Virus record (IMG/VR): IMGVR_UViG_3300012910_000003
Span: 31,639 to 95,638 of that record
DNA from: a virus
Taxonomy: Duplodnaviria > Caudoviricetes
Reading direction: 5' to 3' (one strand)
DNA: 64,000 nt
The notes under the pieces were generated by a model. The model saw only the letters and a program-made list of their open reading frames with translations. It was not told where the DNA came from and ran no database searches. Below, in pieces: positions 41,423-50,812 of the stretch. The position numbers were made by a program, and so were the translations under genes. Numbering within the stretch: the stretch's first letter is position 1; the number at the start of each line of letters is the position of its first letter.

Positions 41423-42270
41423 AATAAAAAATCTGGTATACTACTATTATCTGTTTTATTTAAATTATTACTAAAGATATTAGGTCTAACTGTTGAATGA
41501 TAATAAGGTTCTTGAAGTATATAATCAATACCTAAATACTTTTTAACTTCTTCTACAGTTCTAAGTAAATAAATAAGACTAAATACTTCTTTAAATCTTT
41601 CATTACCAATCTCCCAACCTTCATGTTTAATATAGGTTTCTAATACTTTAGATTTTAAATTATCTGTTGAAATATTACTTAATATATCAGTAGCTTTTTT
41701 ATTACCAATACCTTTTAAACCCTTTACAAAATCTGTAGTACAGCCCTGCAAGACTTGTTTATATAAATTATACTCACTATTATCATAGGATATTACACTA
41801 AAAGTATCATCTTTAAAGTTATAATGTTCACCAGCTAACTGGTCTAAATCATGATCTATTCTAGCTATACAATAATCTATATTATTATTAATATAATAAG
41901 TAGAATAAATGGCTACTAAATCTTCAGCTTCTAAACCTTTTACAGCAATACCTTTCCATTTACTTCTAGAAGGATCTTTCTCTTCAAACATAAAATACCT
42001 CCTAATATCATCAAAGAATAAAGGTTTATCTTCTGGTCTTCCTGATTTATAATTAGGATCTATATAGTGTCTAAATACCTTGCCATTAGTCCAAAAAGCT
42101 AAATAATGAGTTGCTCTAGCTTTTTTAATGATATCTTCCATCCATAAGTCTAAATGAGAATAATATTCTCTAATATCATAACCTCCTTTAGTATTTTTAG
42201 TAAACTGATTAAACTTACCAAAACAAATAGCATAAAAAAGACTATCTCCATCAATTAATACTACTTTCAT
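41419..42270 (-). CDS. 5'-3' exonuclease (FEN/T7 gp6-like)
   Basis: LIDGDS, YKSGR, LEAEDL, DHDLDQL, G...D.VKGLKGIG.KKA. Confidence 0.88.
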   Translation of the reverse strand: MKVVLIDGDSLFYAICFGKFNQFTKNTKGGYDIREYYSHLDLWMEDIIKKARATHYLAFWTNGKVFRHYIDPNYKSGRPEDKPLFFDDIRRYFMFEEKDPSRSKWKGIAVKGLEAEDLVAIYSTYYINNNIDYCIARIDHDLDQLAGEHYNFKDDTFSVISYDNSEYNLYKQVLQGCTTDFVKGLKGIGNKKATDILSNISTDNLKSKVLETYIKHEGWEIGNERFKEVFSLIYLLRTVEEVKKYLGIDYILQEPYYHSTVRPNIFSNNLNKTDNSSIPDFLL

Positions 42271-42271
42271 A

Positions 42272-42523
42272 TTAATAGTCTATTTCAATAAATATTGTTT
42301 GACCTTCTAATTGTGGATATTTGTCTATAATCCAATTATCTATTGAAAAATCATCATCAAAGCTGCTTTGTTCTTCTTTTGATACTACTTTAAATTCTAC
42401 AAAGCAATCACAAGAATGCTCTCTTAACCAATGATTTTCTGTTAATTCTTCAGGAATTTCACAATAACTAACCACCCACCTCTCTATTTTTTTCAAATCT
42501 TTATCAAATTTTAAATCTTCCAT
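42272..42523 (-). CDS. Hypothetical acidic protein
   Basis: 83-aa ORF. Confidence 0.55.
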   Translation of the reverse strand: MEDLKFDKDLKKIERWVVSYCEIPEELTENHWLREHSCDCFVEFKVVSKEEQSSFDDDFSIDNWIIDKYPQLEGQTIFIEIDY

Positions 42524-43119
42524 ATCTCAATTTTAAACCCTTCATTTACTCTAAATTCACTATCATACTCATCATTTTTATGATATTTAGTATTATCATC
42601 AGTAACTACTTGTAAATCTTTTACAAGTACATCATTAATTACTTTACCATATACCCATAAATTACTAATATCAGGATATACTTTATCTTCTAATAGATAA
42701 AATATATACTTTACTTTATATCTCTCACCTTCTTTTAAATTAAACTTAGGACAATCTTTAAGAATCTCTTTAAAATACTCATGAAGTTTAACCATTAATC
42801 CAGCTCTTGATTTAGGACTTATAGCTCCATTATAAATACTTTGACCATTAATTACCCAATATCTAGCTTTACCTGCTGTTCTAGAGTTTTTAATTATGAA
42901 TTGTTGGGTAAAACTATCATAAACTTTACCTTGTCTCCACTCATAAGGATGTCTCAGCCCTAGCTCACTAGGTATAGAAAGATTAACCTGTTTAGTCTTA
43001 TACTTTTTAGGAATCTTATTATAATCTTGTAGTTGGTAATATACAGCTCTCCTTGATTTAGAGAGCTGTAATTTAGGTATAAAATCTAATTCTTTAGTGT
43101 ATATTATTGTTTTTGCCAT
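42511..43119 (-). CDS. RusA-like Holliday junction resolvase
   Basis: PDISNL...K.I.D.L......DD pattern. Confidence 0.65.
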   Translation of the reverse strand: MAKTIIYTKELDFIPKLQLSKSRRAVYYQLQDYNKIPKKYKTKQVNLSIPSELGLRHPYEWRQGKVYDSFTQQFIIKNSRTAGKARYWVINGQSIYNGAISPKSRAGLMVKLHEYFKEILKDCPKFNLKEGERYKVKYIFYLLEDKVYPDISNLWVYGKVINDVLVKDLQVVTDDNTKYHKNDEYDSEFRVNEGFKIEIWKI

Positions 43120-44396
43120 TTATAGTAATCCTCCCATACATCATCAGTATCAAATATATTAGCTTGTTTTGGTAATTTATTGTTTTTATCTTTAACTACT
43201 CCACAATTAATACAAACTTCTTCAGGTCCCCCAATAGCATCTTCATCTTTCATAAAAGAACATTCTCCTTTACAAACAGCTTTAGTTGTAGTATCTGGTT
43301 TATTTTGGTCTTCTATATATTCATAAACACCATCAACAAAACTATCAATAAACATCTCTCCTTTAGTTAATCCCATCAACTCATCATCAATATCATTTAA
43401 TAACTCAACAATAATATCTAACCCATCTTTCATCCCCATATAGTAACTAGAATTTGATTTAGGAGCTATATGCTTATTTCTTTTTTTAACTTCTTTATAA
43501 AGAGATTCTTTAAGTTTATTGAGCCTAAAAGAATATTTACCAAAAGATTTTGGAGTATAAACAGGAGCTTCATATTTATAAACAAATTGTTTATTTAATT
43601 CAAGACCTTTTTTACAAACATCAATCATTAAATTATAACAATTTTCTACTTCTGAGATTTTACAATATGAAGAATTTGAATGTGCATTATAATAACCTGA
43701 TGAAACATTAGCTGTACAAACTCCTACATCTCTTTTAACTAATTCACCAATATCTGTAAGTATACCTCTTTCAAATTTATAACCAAATGGAGTCATTATA
43801 GGATTTATAAAATCTTTAAACGCTTGGTTACATATGTCTACACCATTAGAGTAAGTAATCCAATCAGAGTTACCTTTTCTATCAGATTGAAGTATAAAAT
43901 AAGTATTTTTAAAGAAGTCTAGTAAAGCTACTCTACTTCCATTACAACCCCTCTCTTCATCTATGAATAATCCTACTTTTAATCTTGGTAGATCAATTAA
44001 AGCTTGTAAAGCACAGAATAATCCAATTTTATCATCACCATGTGCATCTACTTGCCCAGTCTCATTAAATGCCATTAAAGTATCATTTACTTCAACAATA
44101 GTTTTATTGTTATGATATTTACCTACATTATCTGTATGAGCTACTATACAAGGATATAAATCAAAATCTTTACCTTTAGTTATATAAATATTACCTACAG
44201 TATCTTCTTCTACTTTTAAAGATAATTTATGTAGACTATTTATTCTCTTTAGTATAGCATGAATATTAGGATTAATTTGTTCTTTCTCTTTACCTGATTC
44301 ACTTTGTAAAGCAAGTATTTCTTTTAAAAATTCTTTATTAATAGTCATTATGTTTTTATTTATTTTTAATTCAAAAAGGTCTAGATTCTTCATCAT
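43104..44396 (-). CDS. Zn metallopeptidase, M20/M28/M42 clan
   Basis: VAHTD, GDDKIG, DEERG..GS, DR, GYYNAH; C-terminal Cys cluster; true start may be ATG 44348. Confidence 0.85.
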   Translation of the reverse strand: MMKNLDLFELKINKNIMTINKEFLKEILALQSESGKEKEQINPNIHAILKRINSLHKLSLKVEEDTVGNIYITKGKDFDLYPCIVAHTDNVGKYHNNKTIVEVNDTLMAFNETGQVDAHGDDKIGLFCALQALIDLPRLKVGLFIDEERGCNGSRVALLDFFKNTYFILQSDRKGNSDWITYSNGVDICNQAFKDFINPIMTPFGYKFERGILTDIGELVKRDVGVCTANVSSGYYNAHSNSSYCKISEVENCYNLMIDVCKKGLELNKQFVYKYEAPVYTPKSFGKYSFRLNKLKESLYKEVKKRNKHIAPKSNSSYYMGMKDGLDIIVELLNDIDDELMGLTKGEMFIDSFVDGVYEYIEDQNKPDTTTKAVCKGECSFMKDEDAIGGPEEVCINCGVVKDKNNKLPKQANIFDTDDVWEDYYKWQKQ

Positions 44397-46125
44397 CTTG
44401 AGTTACACTAAACATCTTATCACTAGTAATTGGTTTATAATTAGTTACTATAGCTGGTTGATTGTAAATCTCTCTGCCTTGATCATCTATAGGTTTATAG
44501 CCTCTACCAATTCTATATTTATTATAAGATTCTAAATCTACTTTTTTGATATAAGTCCCAGAATTTTGTTGATAAATACATTCACTTTTTAAACATCTAC
44601 TACTATAGTTCCAAGGAGTACAAAGATCTGAATTATCATACCACACATTATCTATTCTGTAAGCTTTGTGTTGTGGCATTTCAACTCCTTTATTAGTAGT
44701 TATAAAACTATTTTTATCATACCATTGATTACCATATTCTTTTAAATTATCTATTAACTCATATTGACTACTACTATGAGAGTACTTAAGATTATTTTCA
44801 TCTTTATAAGATTCATAATTAGCTAAATATTTATTATGAATGTCTACATAAAAGAAATTATCAAAATAAGGAAACCTTAAGCCACTAGTAGATCTCCAAA
44901 TACCACAATGATTGATATCAGTTTTAGCTAATATTTTAGGATCTAATTGTATTTTAAACTTTTTAGTAAAATTACCATCAAAATTACTTGGTCCATAACC
45001 AGTACTATTAGATTTAATTCTTGTCTTGTAATCATAGATAAATTGAATATTATTAGATTTACAATAATCTATAAATAATTTCTCATGTCTCTCATAACAA
45101 GTATAAATTCTATCCATAACTCTAGAACCATCAATACAATCCCAAATAATAGCTCTACCAGCTATTTTATCAGCTACTAACATTATTGCTAAAGAACAAT
45201 TATTATGTTCTGCATAGAATTTAATTCTACTTTGACAGTCTTTATATCTCATACAACTACTACCTAAACTACCCATTCTTTCTAAGTAATTATCTTCATA
45301 ATAATAGTCTACTATCTTATCTCCTTTTACTTCAGTTATAGGGGTAACCTCTAAGTCTTTAATCTTGTTTAAACTATCACATATATCTGAATAAGAATCA
45401 AACATTTTAGAAAACACTTTAGTAGGATTTATTGTGGGGTCAGTTAATAAACTTTTATTTTGTTCCCAAAAATATTCTCTCCACTTATGAATACTTAAAA
45501 GTCTTATATTACCAACTCTATCTATTGTGCTATTACCATGTGTGTAATAAGCTATAAATAAAGGATTTTCTTTTAACTTTTTACTTTGTATAAAATCTAT
45601 TTGATTACCTAATCTTATGGGGTAAGTTATAGTTTTAATATGACTTATTGGATAGTAACTTTTACTTATATCACCACTTTCAAATACATAACAAAAAGCA
45701 TTTCCATAGGTTTTTCTTCTATAATTATATGCTTTAAAAAGAGTTGTTATCTGTTTATTACTCTTATCTATAGTAACCTCAGTACTTTTAACTCTAGGAG
45801 GTATATTTAGTGTGGGAATTTTATCACCTGTACCTTTAACTAAACTAATTTCATTTATAGCATTACCTATTAAAGCTATTGTGAATTGAAAAGATTCTAT
45901 ATAATAAATAGAGTCTATAATTATATTATCTCCTTCAACATTAATATGTATCTTTTCTGTTATTTCACTGTAAACAGTACATTTACCTAATTGAGCAATT
46001 ATTACATTAGGTCTTTCTGAAGGATTAATAAACTTACCATAAATACCTACATATTTTTTTAAGTTAAATATACTAACTTCCTCTTTAGTAAAATAAACTC
46101 TACAATTTTCATAATCTATCTTCAT
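44371..46125 (-). CDS. Conserved phage protein with SCM / GRAIIW / MDRIY motifs
   Basis: GSLGSSCMRY...GRAIIW...VMDRIY...FPYFD; ATG 46125 preferred because TTG 46131 lies in a terminator T-run. Confidence 0.65.
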   Translation of the reverse strand: MKIDYENCRVYFTKEEVSIFNLKKYVGIYGKFINPSERPNVIIAQLGKCTVYSEITEKIHINVEGDNIIIDSIYYIESFQFTIALIGNAINEISLVKGTGDKIPTLNIPPRVKSTEVTIDKSNKQITTLFKAYNYRRKTYGNAFCYVFESGDISKSYYPISHIKTITYPIRLGNQIDFIQSKKLKENPLFIAYYTHGNSTIDRVGNIRLLSIHKWREYFWEQNKSLLTDPTINPTKVFSKMFDSYSDICDSLNKIKDLEVTPITEVKGDKIVDYYYEDNYLERMGSLGSSCMRYKDCQSRIKFYAEHNNCSLAIMLVADKIAGRAIIWDCIDGSRVMDRIYTCYERHEKLFIDYCKSNNIQFIYDYKTRIKSNSTGYGPSNFDGNFTKKFKIQLDPKILAKTDINHCGIWRSTSGLRFPYFDNFFYVDIHNKYLANYESYKDENNLKYSHSSSQYELIDNLKEYGNQWYDKNSFITTNKGVEMPQHKAYRIDNVWYDNSDLCTPWNYSSRCLKSECIYQQNSGTYIKKVDLESYNKYRIGRGYKPIDDQGREIYNQPAIVTNYKPITSDKMFSVTQDDEESRPF

Positions 46126-46129
46126 AAAC

Positions 46130-46152
46130 AAAAAAGGGGGTTGTTAGCCCCC
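46130..46152 (-). terminator. Intrinsic terminator
   Basis: Minus strand GGGGG-ctaacaa-CCCCC then T6. Confidence 0.8.
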
Positions 46153-46165
46153 ATTATTTTAACAA

Positions 46166-46708
46166 TTAGTCAATACTTTCAAACAAATCACTTAGATTAC
46201 CAAAGTTAGTTAAACTAATATTAGTGGTGGCTTTAAACTCCCCCTCTAACCCTTCAATACTAACTACAACATAATTTTTAGGTGATTTCTTTTGTTTCTT
46301 AACTTTATTATATAAAGCTATAATTGTATCATCATCAGGATAAATAGTATTATCATCCTCTTCATCATCTTCTAGATTAACCTCATCTAAAGTTACTGTA
46401 ATAGGAGTATTATCTACAAATACACTACTTAATACATTATCTAAAGTTTGAGCTGAAGGATTCAAAGAATCTACATAAGAAAAGCTGGTAAAACCTTTCT
46501 TTTTATAAATATCAAAGAATTTACTAGTTCCTACTGTAAACTTTTTAGATGTACCAAAAGATACAAATCTAGGAGATGTACCATCAGCTAAATCTTCATC
46601 ATAAGATATTTCATTATCATCAAGATAATCTACTAAACTATCAATATCAGATTTATTTACAAATCTAAAAACTACTTTTGTTTCTGTTACTAAATTTTTT
46701 TTACTCAT
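46166..46708 (-). CDS. Hypothetical acidic protein
   Basis: 180-aa ORF with A-rich leader and own terminator. Confidence 0.65.
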   Translation of the reverse strand: MSKKNLVTETKVVFRFVNKSDIDSLVDYLDDNEISYDEDLADGTSPRFVSFGTSKKFTVGTSKFFDIYKKKGFTSFSYVDSLNPSAQTLDNVLSSVFVDNTPITVTLDEVNLEDDEEDDNTIYPDDDTIIALYNKVKKQKKSPKNYVVVSIEGLEGEFKATTNISLTNFGNLSDLFESID

Positions 46709-46736
46709 TTTGTTATTATTTATTGTTTATTATTAT

Positions 46737-47018
46737 TTACAAAGTTACTTCATCAAACTCTACATTAATTTCAGATACAGTAAGATCTACTTCTTGAGTA
46801 GTCTCTACAACTACTTTCTTTTTAGATTTTCTAAACTTTAGACCTACCTTATCACATATTTTTAATAGAGTTTCACTACTTATTTTATACAATTCTTCTA
46901 CTTGTTTATAAGTAAGTTCTTTTTGTAATGATCTTAAAACAGTAATACTTATAGTATCTCTATTTACTATTTTATATTGATCTACATTACTATTATTTTC
47001 TATTGTATTCAATATCAT
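46737..47018 (-). CDS. Small putative HTH protein
   Basis: LTYKQVEELYKISSETLLKIC.KVGL.FRK. Confidence 0.5.
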   Translation of the reverse strand: MILNTIENNSNVDQYKIVNRDTISITVLRSLQKELTYKQVEELYKISSETLLKICDKVGLKFRKSKKKVVVETTQEVDLTVSEINVEFDEVTL

Positions 47019-48072
47019 TAATCTTATCTTTTATTAATACATTTACTAAACTTTGAGTATAAACTATACTTTCAGTTTCTATTATTTCAGCAAGGTCTTT
47101 ACATCTCTCTTTTCCTTCTGGTAAAACTATATAATCTATACCCCAAAGTTCTTTATAGTTTTCCATTGAAGTAACACCAGCTTTATCATTATCAAGAATA
47201 CATATAATATATTTAAACTTACTTCTTAGATAATCTACAAACTCTTTCCATAATCTAGAAGCTTCAGTAGGTAGAGATATAGCATTATAACCTAATAATC
47301 TCCACACCAAGATATCTTTACTACTCTTACTAATGATTACTATATCTAGAGAATAATCAAGCTGTTTAAAGCCAAATATACAATTACTAGAAAATGTACT
47401 TAACCATTTATCTTTCTTATTTTTAGTTAATGGTTTGTAAATCTTATATTCACTATTAACTAAGTATCTAATGATTATATCAGTATCTTTATAGTATTTA
47501 ATAGGTATAGGTTCTTCAGTATTATCTTCTCTATCTCTTTTATAAAATACTATTTTAGCTGCTCTTACATCATATAACCTTAACAACTTATAGTCTATAT
47601 AAAATCTTTTCCAATAATTTAAGAAGCTAAGAGGTTCCTCATTATCAAATAAAACAACTTGTATTTCTGACCTTCTTGTAATATCAAGATTTGCAGCTTG
47701 TATACTAGATTTGAAGGATATACTCTTGGAAATTCCTTTAGATACTCCTTGTAATTTGTTGACATCATAAACTATCTTATTTAATACTTCTTGAAAAGTT
47801 AAACCTAAAAATAATTCTCTTACTAATGATACAAAGTCACCAGTTTTACCTGTACTAAAACACTTAAATACTAACTTATAATCATTATCAACTTTAAATC
47901 TAAAACTAGGATTACTATCACTAGTAAAAGGAGATGAATAAAAGTCCCTTGTATTAGGATAGTAACCTAGATAATAGTTATAAGCTTCAACTTGATCTAC
48001 ATTCTCATATACATATTTTAGGTTTATAATAGGTTGTTCTTTAACTACTTTATTATAAATACCTAATTGCAT
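46993..48072 (-). CDS. DnaG-like primase
   Basis: SPF..D..PSF / FKCFSTG..GD degenerate Zn domain; KIYKP, KW; TOPRIM SSKD and LDNDKAG, KDLAE. Confidence 0.85.
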   Translation of the reverse strand: MQLGIYNKVVKEQPIINLKYVYENVDQVEAYNYYLGYYPNTRDFYSSPFTSDSNPSFRFKVDNDYKLVFKCFSTGKTGDFVSLVRELFLGLTFQEVLNKIVYDVNKLQGVSKGISKSISFKSSIQAANLDITRRSEIQVVLFDNEEPLSFLNYWKRFYIDYKLLRLYDVRAAKIVFYKRDREDNTEEPIPIKYYKDTDIIIRYLVNSEYKIYKPLTKNKKDKWLSTFSSNCIFGFKQLDYSLDIVIISKSSKDILVWRLLGYNAISLPTEASRLWKEFVDYLRSKFKYIICILDNDKAGVTSMENYKELWGIDYIVLPEGKERCKDLAEIIETESIVYTQSLVNVLIKDKINDIEYNRK

Positions 48073-48088
48073 AATATATTATTTGTTA

Positions 48089-48397
48089 CTACTCATAAAC
48101 AGTTATGGTCTTAATTTGAGGTTTTACTTCTGAACAACATTCCCACCCATCATCAAAGTCAGTACCACTATAAGAAGTGTAAAATCCATCAACCTTTATA
48201 TAAACATTGTGTTGGGGAAAATATCTTACATTATACCAAGTTTCTCCTTGACCTTCTCCACCATATCTATCTACTATCTTAGAACCACCAAAGATTTCAT
48301 CATCAAAGTTTCCCCAAGCATAATTATCAACTTCCCCACATAACTCTTTTAAACCTTCTAATATTTCTTGATAAGTCATTTTAGTTGATTGGCTCAT
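48089..48397 (-). CDS. Small phage protein, paralog A
   Basis: GGEGQGE...YIKVDGFYTSY...VKPQIKTITVYE. Confidence 0.7.
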   Translation of the reverse strand: MSQSTKMTYQEILEGLKELCGEVDNYAWGNFDDEIFGGSKIVDRYGGEGQGETWYNVRYFPQHNVYIKVDGFYTSYSGTDFDDGWECCSEVKPQIKTITVYE

Positions 48398-48689
48398 ATA
48401 CAGTTATTGTTTTAGCTTTACCCTCTACAAATTGAATACTTGAAATACTCTCATTATCTCCATAAGAATCTGTATTAAAAGTAACTCTTAAAAATACATT
48501 TTCATTTAAACTTGGGTGTTGATAGAACTCAAAATACTCATTGTATTCTCCTTGACTACCATCACTTCCATCTAATACTCCTTTATGACCATCTTGTTTG
48601 TTAATAAAGTATTTCTTCACATAAGAAGATTTATGTATATCTTCAAGTAATTCATTAATTGTTTTAATACTAACTGTTGTTTCTTTCAT
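48381..48689 (-). CDS. Small phage protein, paralog B
   Basis: DGSQGE...FLRVTFNTDSY...VEGKAKTITVYE. Confidence 0.7.
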   Translation of the reverse strand: MKETTVSIKTINELLEDIHKSSYVKKYFINKQDGHKGVLDGSDGSQGEYNEYFEFYQHPSLNENVFLRVTFNTDSYGDNESISSIQFVEGKAKTITVYEPIN

Positions 48690-49413
48690 TTTCTAATATT
48701 TTAAAGTGATTAAATTTTGGTATATGTAGCTCTATATAGTTTTCTATTATAAATATTAGTGACCATATAGGGGCATGAGATATTATAAACTTCTTTAACA
48801 TTTTTTTATAAGCAATTCTATAGTCTATATTTTTAAATCTCTCATAAGACATAATCATTACTTCTTCATATACAAAAGCTAATTTATCATCATGAGATAA
48901 TTTATGAAATTTATTCTCATCTAATTCTACCTCACAACTATCTTTTAAAACTCTTGTGTATATAGGTATAGGATTTAATAGTTTATGTAGATCATCATGT
49001 TGAGCTTCATTATAGTTTATAGCATTATCAAAAAACTCATTTTTAGACATTTTAAGATCACTTCTTTTATTTTTGGAGTGATATGAGTTCCAATAGTTAT
49101 AAAGCTCTGTAAAGAGCTTATAATCAATTTTACAACCTTTTTTTAATAGGAACTGTGTATCAAATAAATGTTTCTCCCAGTTGATATCCCAACAAAGATG
49201 TGAAGCTTTTAATGTTAACAAATCATCTTTCTTTATATAATAACTTGACTTATCATTTTCATATAACTTTTCAATTATAGGATTTTCTAGTTTCTCAAAT
49301 CTTAAATCTGTACAAAAGTCATAATCTCTAACACCTATATAATCTAAGTCTTTTGGCACTCTTGGAAAATCTGGATAATGTTGTTTAATTGCAGCAGACC
49401 CTATTATAATCAT
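48670..49413 (-). CDS. Nucleotidyltransferase-fold protein
   Basis: IIIGSAA...PKDLDYI (GS...DxD), LLTLKASH, KH..D; ATG 49413 preferred over TTG 49443 inside terminator. Confidence 0.65.
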   Translation of the reverse strand: MIIIGSAAIKQHYPDFPRVPKDLDYIGVRDYDFCTDLRFEKLENPIIEKLYENDKSSYYIKKDDLLTLKASHLCWDINWEKHLFDTQFLLKKGCKIDYKLFTELYNYWNSYHSKNKRSDLKMSKNEFFDNAINYNEAQHDDLHKLLNPIPIYTRVLKDSCEVELDENKFHKLSHDDKLAFVYEEVMIMSYERFKNIDYRIAYKKMLKKFIISHAPIWSLIFIIENYIELHIPKFNHFKILENERNNS

Positions 49414-49426
49414 AAGTTGTAAAATT

Positions 49427-49458
49427 AAAAAGCTACTATACAATTAAGTATAGTAGCT
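49427..49458 (-). terminator. Intrinsic terminator after SSB gene
   Basis: Perfect 11-bp stem AGCTACTATAC-aattaa-GTATAGTAGCT with T-run on minus strand. Confidence 0.85.
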
Positions 49459-49482
49459 AAGTTGTTGATTATTAATTACTCA

Positions 49483-50100
49483 TCAAAAGGGTAATTCTGA
49501 ATCTGGTGTATTAGATTTACCTTTATCTTCTACTTTAGGAGTAGCTTCTTTACTATTAGTCTTACCATATTTCTCAGCATTAAACTTCAATTGTGGTTTA
49601 CTATCAGAAGCTTCTACAAAGCCATTAGACCAGTCTGGTACTCTTGTATAATACTTATTATCTTTCTTATTAAGTTTAGAAATAAGCATAATTCTAAAGC
49701 TTTTAGAAGCTGGATAAACATCTTTACTCATCTTACTTAGAATTGCAGCAAAGGTTTTAAAGTCAGTAGCTTTTTCTATAGCTTTATCATAATTTTCTTC
49801 TCCAACTGCTGCTGCAAAGATATGCTTAATATTAAGTAGATAAGCTGTTTCCTCTTCTTCAGGAGTTAGAGCAATACTTACACCATCTACATTTTTAGTC
49901 TTCCAACCTGTAGGATTAAATGGAAATATTCTAGTACCAATAGTCTCTCCTGCTTCATTAGAAAGAGTAATATCCATACAATCTCCATTAGCCCAAGTAG
50001 TTAGAGTTACTGATTTAACAAAAACTCCATCATGAATACCTGCTGTTAAATAAGACTTTTGTTCTGTTGCTTCTACTTGATTTACTTTTTTTGAATACAT
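49483..50100 (-). CDS. Single-stranded DNA-binding protein (putative)
   Basis: OB-like beta pattern, flexible tail ending DSELPF, near Sak4-like ATPase. Confidence 0.65.
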   Translation of the reverse strand: MYSKKVNQVEATEQKSYLTAGIHDGVFVKSVTLTTWANGDCMDITLSNEAGETIGTRIFPFNPTGWKTKNVDGVSIALTPEEEETAYLLNIKHIFAAAVGEENYDKAIEKATDFKTFAAILSKMSKDVYPASKSFRIMLISKLNKKDNKYYTRVPDWSNGFVEASDSKPQLKFNAEKYGKTNSKEATPKVEDKGKSNTPDSELPF

Positions 50101-50125
50101 ATTATTTTTATTTATTTGTTATTAT

Positions 50126-50455
50126 TTAATTTACTTTTTGAATTACTTTAAAATTACTTTTTAATATATAAGAAGAGGCTATATGAACTAAAGCATCTAT
50201 CAAGATATCATCTTGTGCTAGATATTCAGTGTATTCCTTTTCATAATATAAGTCAATATTATTAGCAAACTCTATACCTATAGCTAAATAAGCATAAAAT
50301 GGAGTATTACTATCACTATGTTTATAAGATCTTTTAATATAGAAATCTCCTTGAAGATTATTATCTTTAATAAACTTATTAACACCTTTCTTGATAATAC
50401 TTATAAATTGCTTTTGACTGTCTTCTTGATTATTGTTTGAGTTAGTAGTGGTCAT
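50126..50455 (-). CDS. Hypothetical protein
   Basis: 109-aa ORF. Confidence 0.55.
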   Translation of the reverse strand: MTTTNSNNNQEDSQKQFISIIKKGVNKFIKDNNLQGDFYIKRSYKHSDSNTPFYAYLAIGIEFANNIDLYYEKEYTEYLAQDDILIDALVHIASSYILKSNFKVIQKVN

Positions 50456-50787
50456 TAGAATGGTTTATCTACTTCTATTGTAGTATTAGTAATATTAGCA
50501 GCTTGTTGAATATCTCCATTTAATAAAGCATCTACTACACCATCACTATCATGAGATTTATAAGGCTCTCTAACTTCTTTAGAAATATTAACCTCATCTA
50601 AATCATCAACAAGTGTAAAGTTATCTTCTTTTCTCTTTTTAAAGCTTACTTTACATTGACCTGCTAATTTAGTAATATCTTTCTCAGATAGTCCATAATA
50701 ATCAGCCACAAAAGCTTTTGTATGAGTACTAGCTAACTTAATAAATTCTGACTTTTTAACTTCTGGTTTTTGAATTGTACTTGACAT
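50455..50787 (-). CDS. Small putative HTH protein with acidic tail
   Basis: HTKAFVADYYGLSEKDITKLA; LVDD; ends DKPF. Confidence 0.55.
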   Translation of the reverse strand: MSSTIQKPEVKKSEFIKLASTHTKAFVADYYGLSEKDITKLAGQCKVSFKKRKEDNFTLVDDLDEVNISKEVREPYKSHDSDGVVDALLNGDIQQAANITNTTIEVDKPF

Positions 50788-50812
50788 TGTTTATTTATTT
50801 TATTGTTTTAAA

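Noticed and set aside
46709-46740. AAT/AAC-rich intergenic tracts (also about 50101-50125, 50788-50812) as iterons or origin
   Set aside because: Each lies directly before a start codon and fits A-rich Bacteroidota translation leaders.
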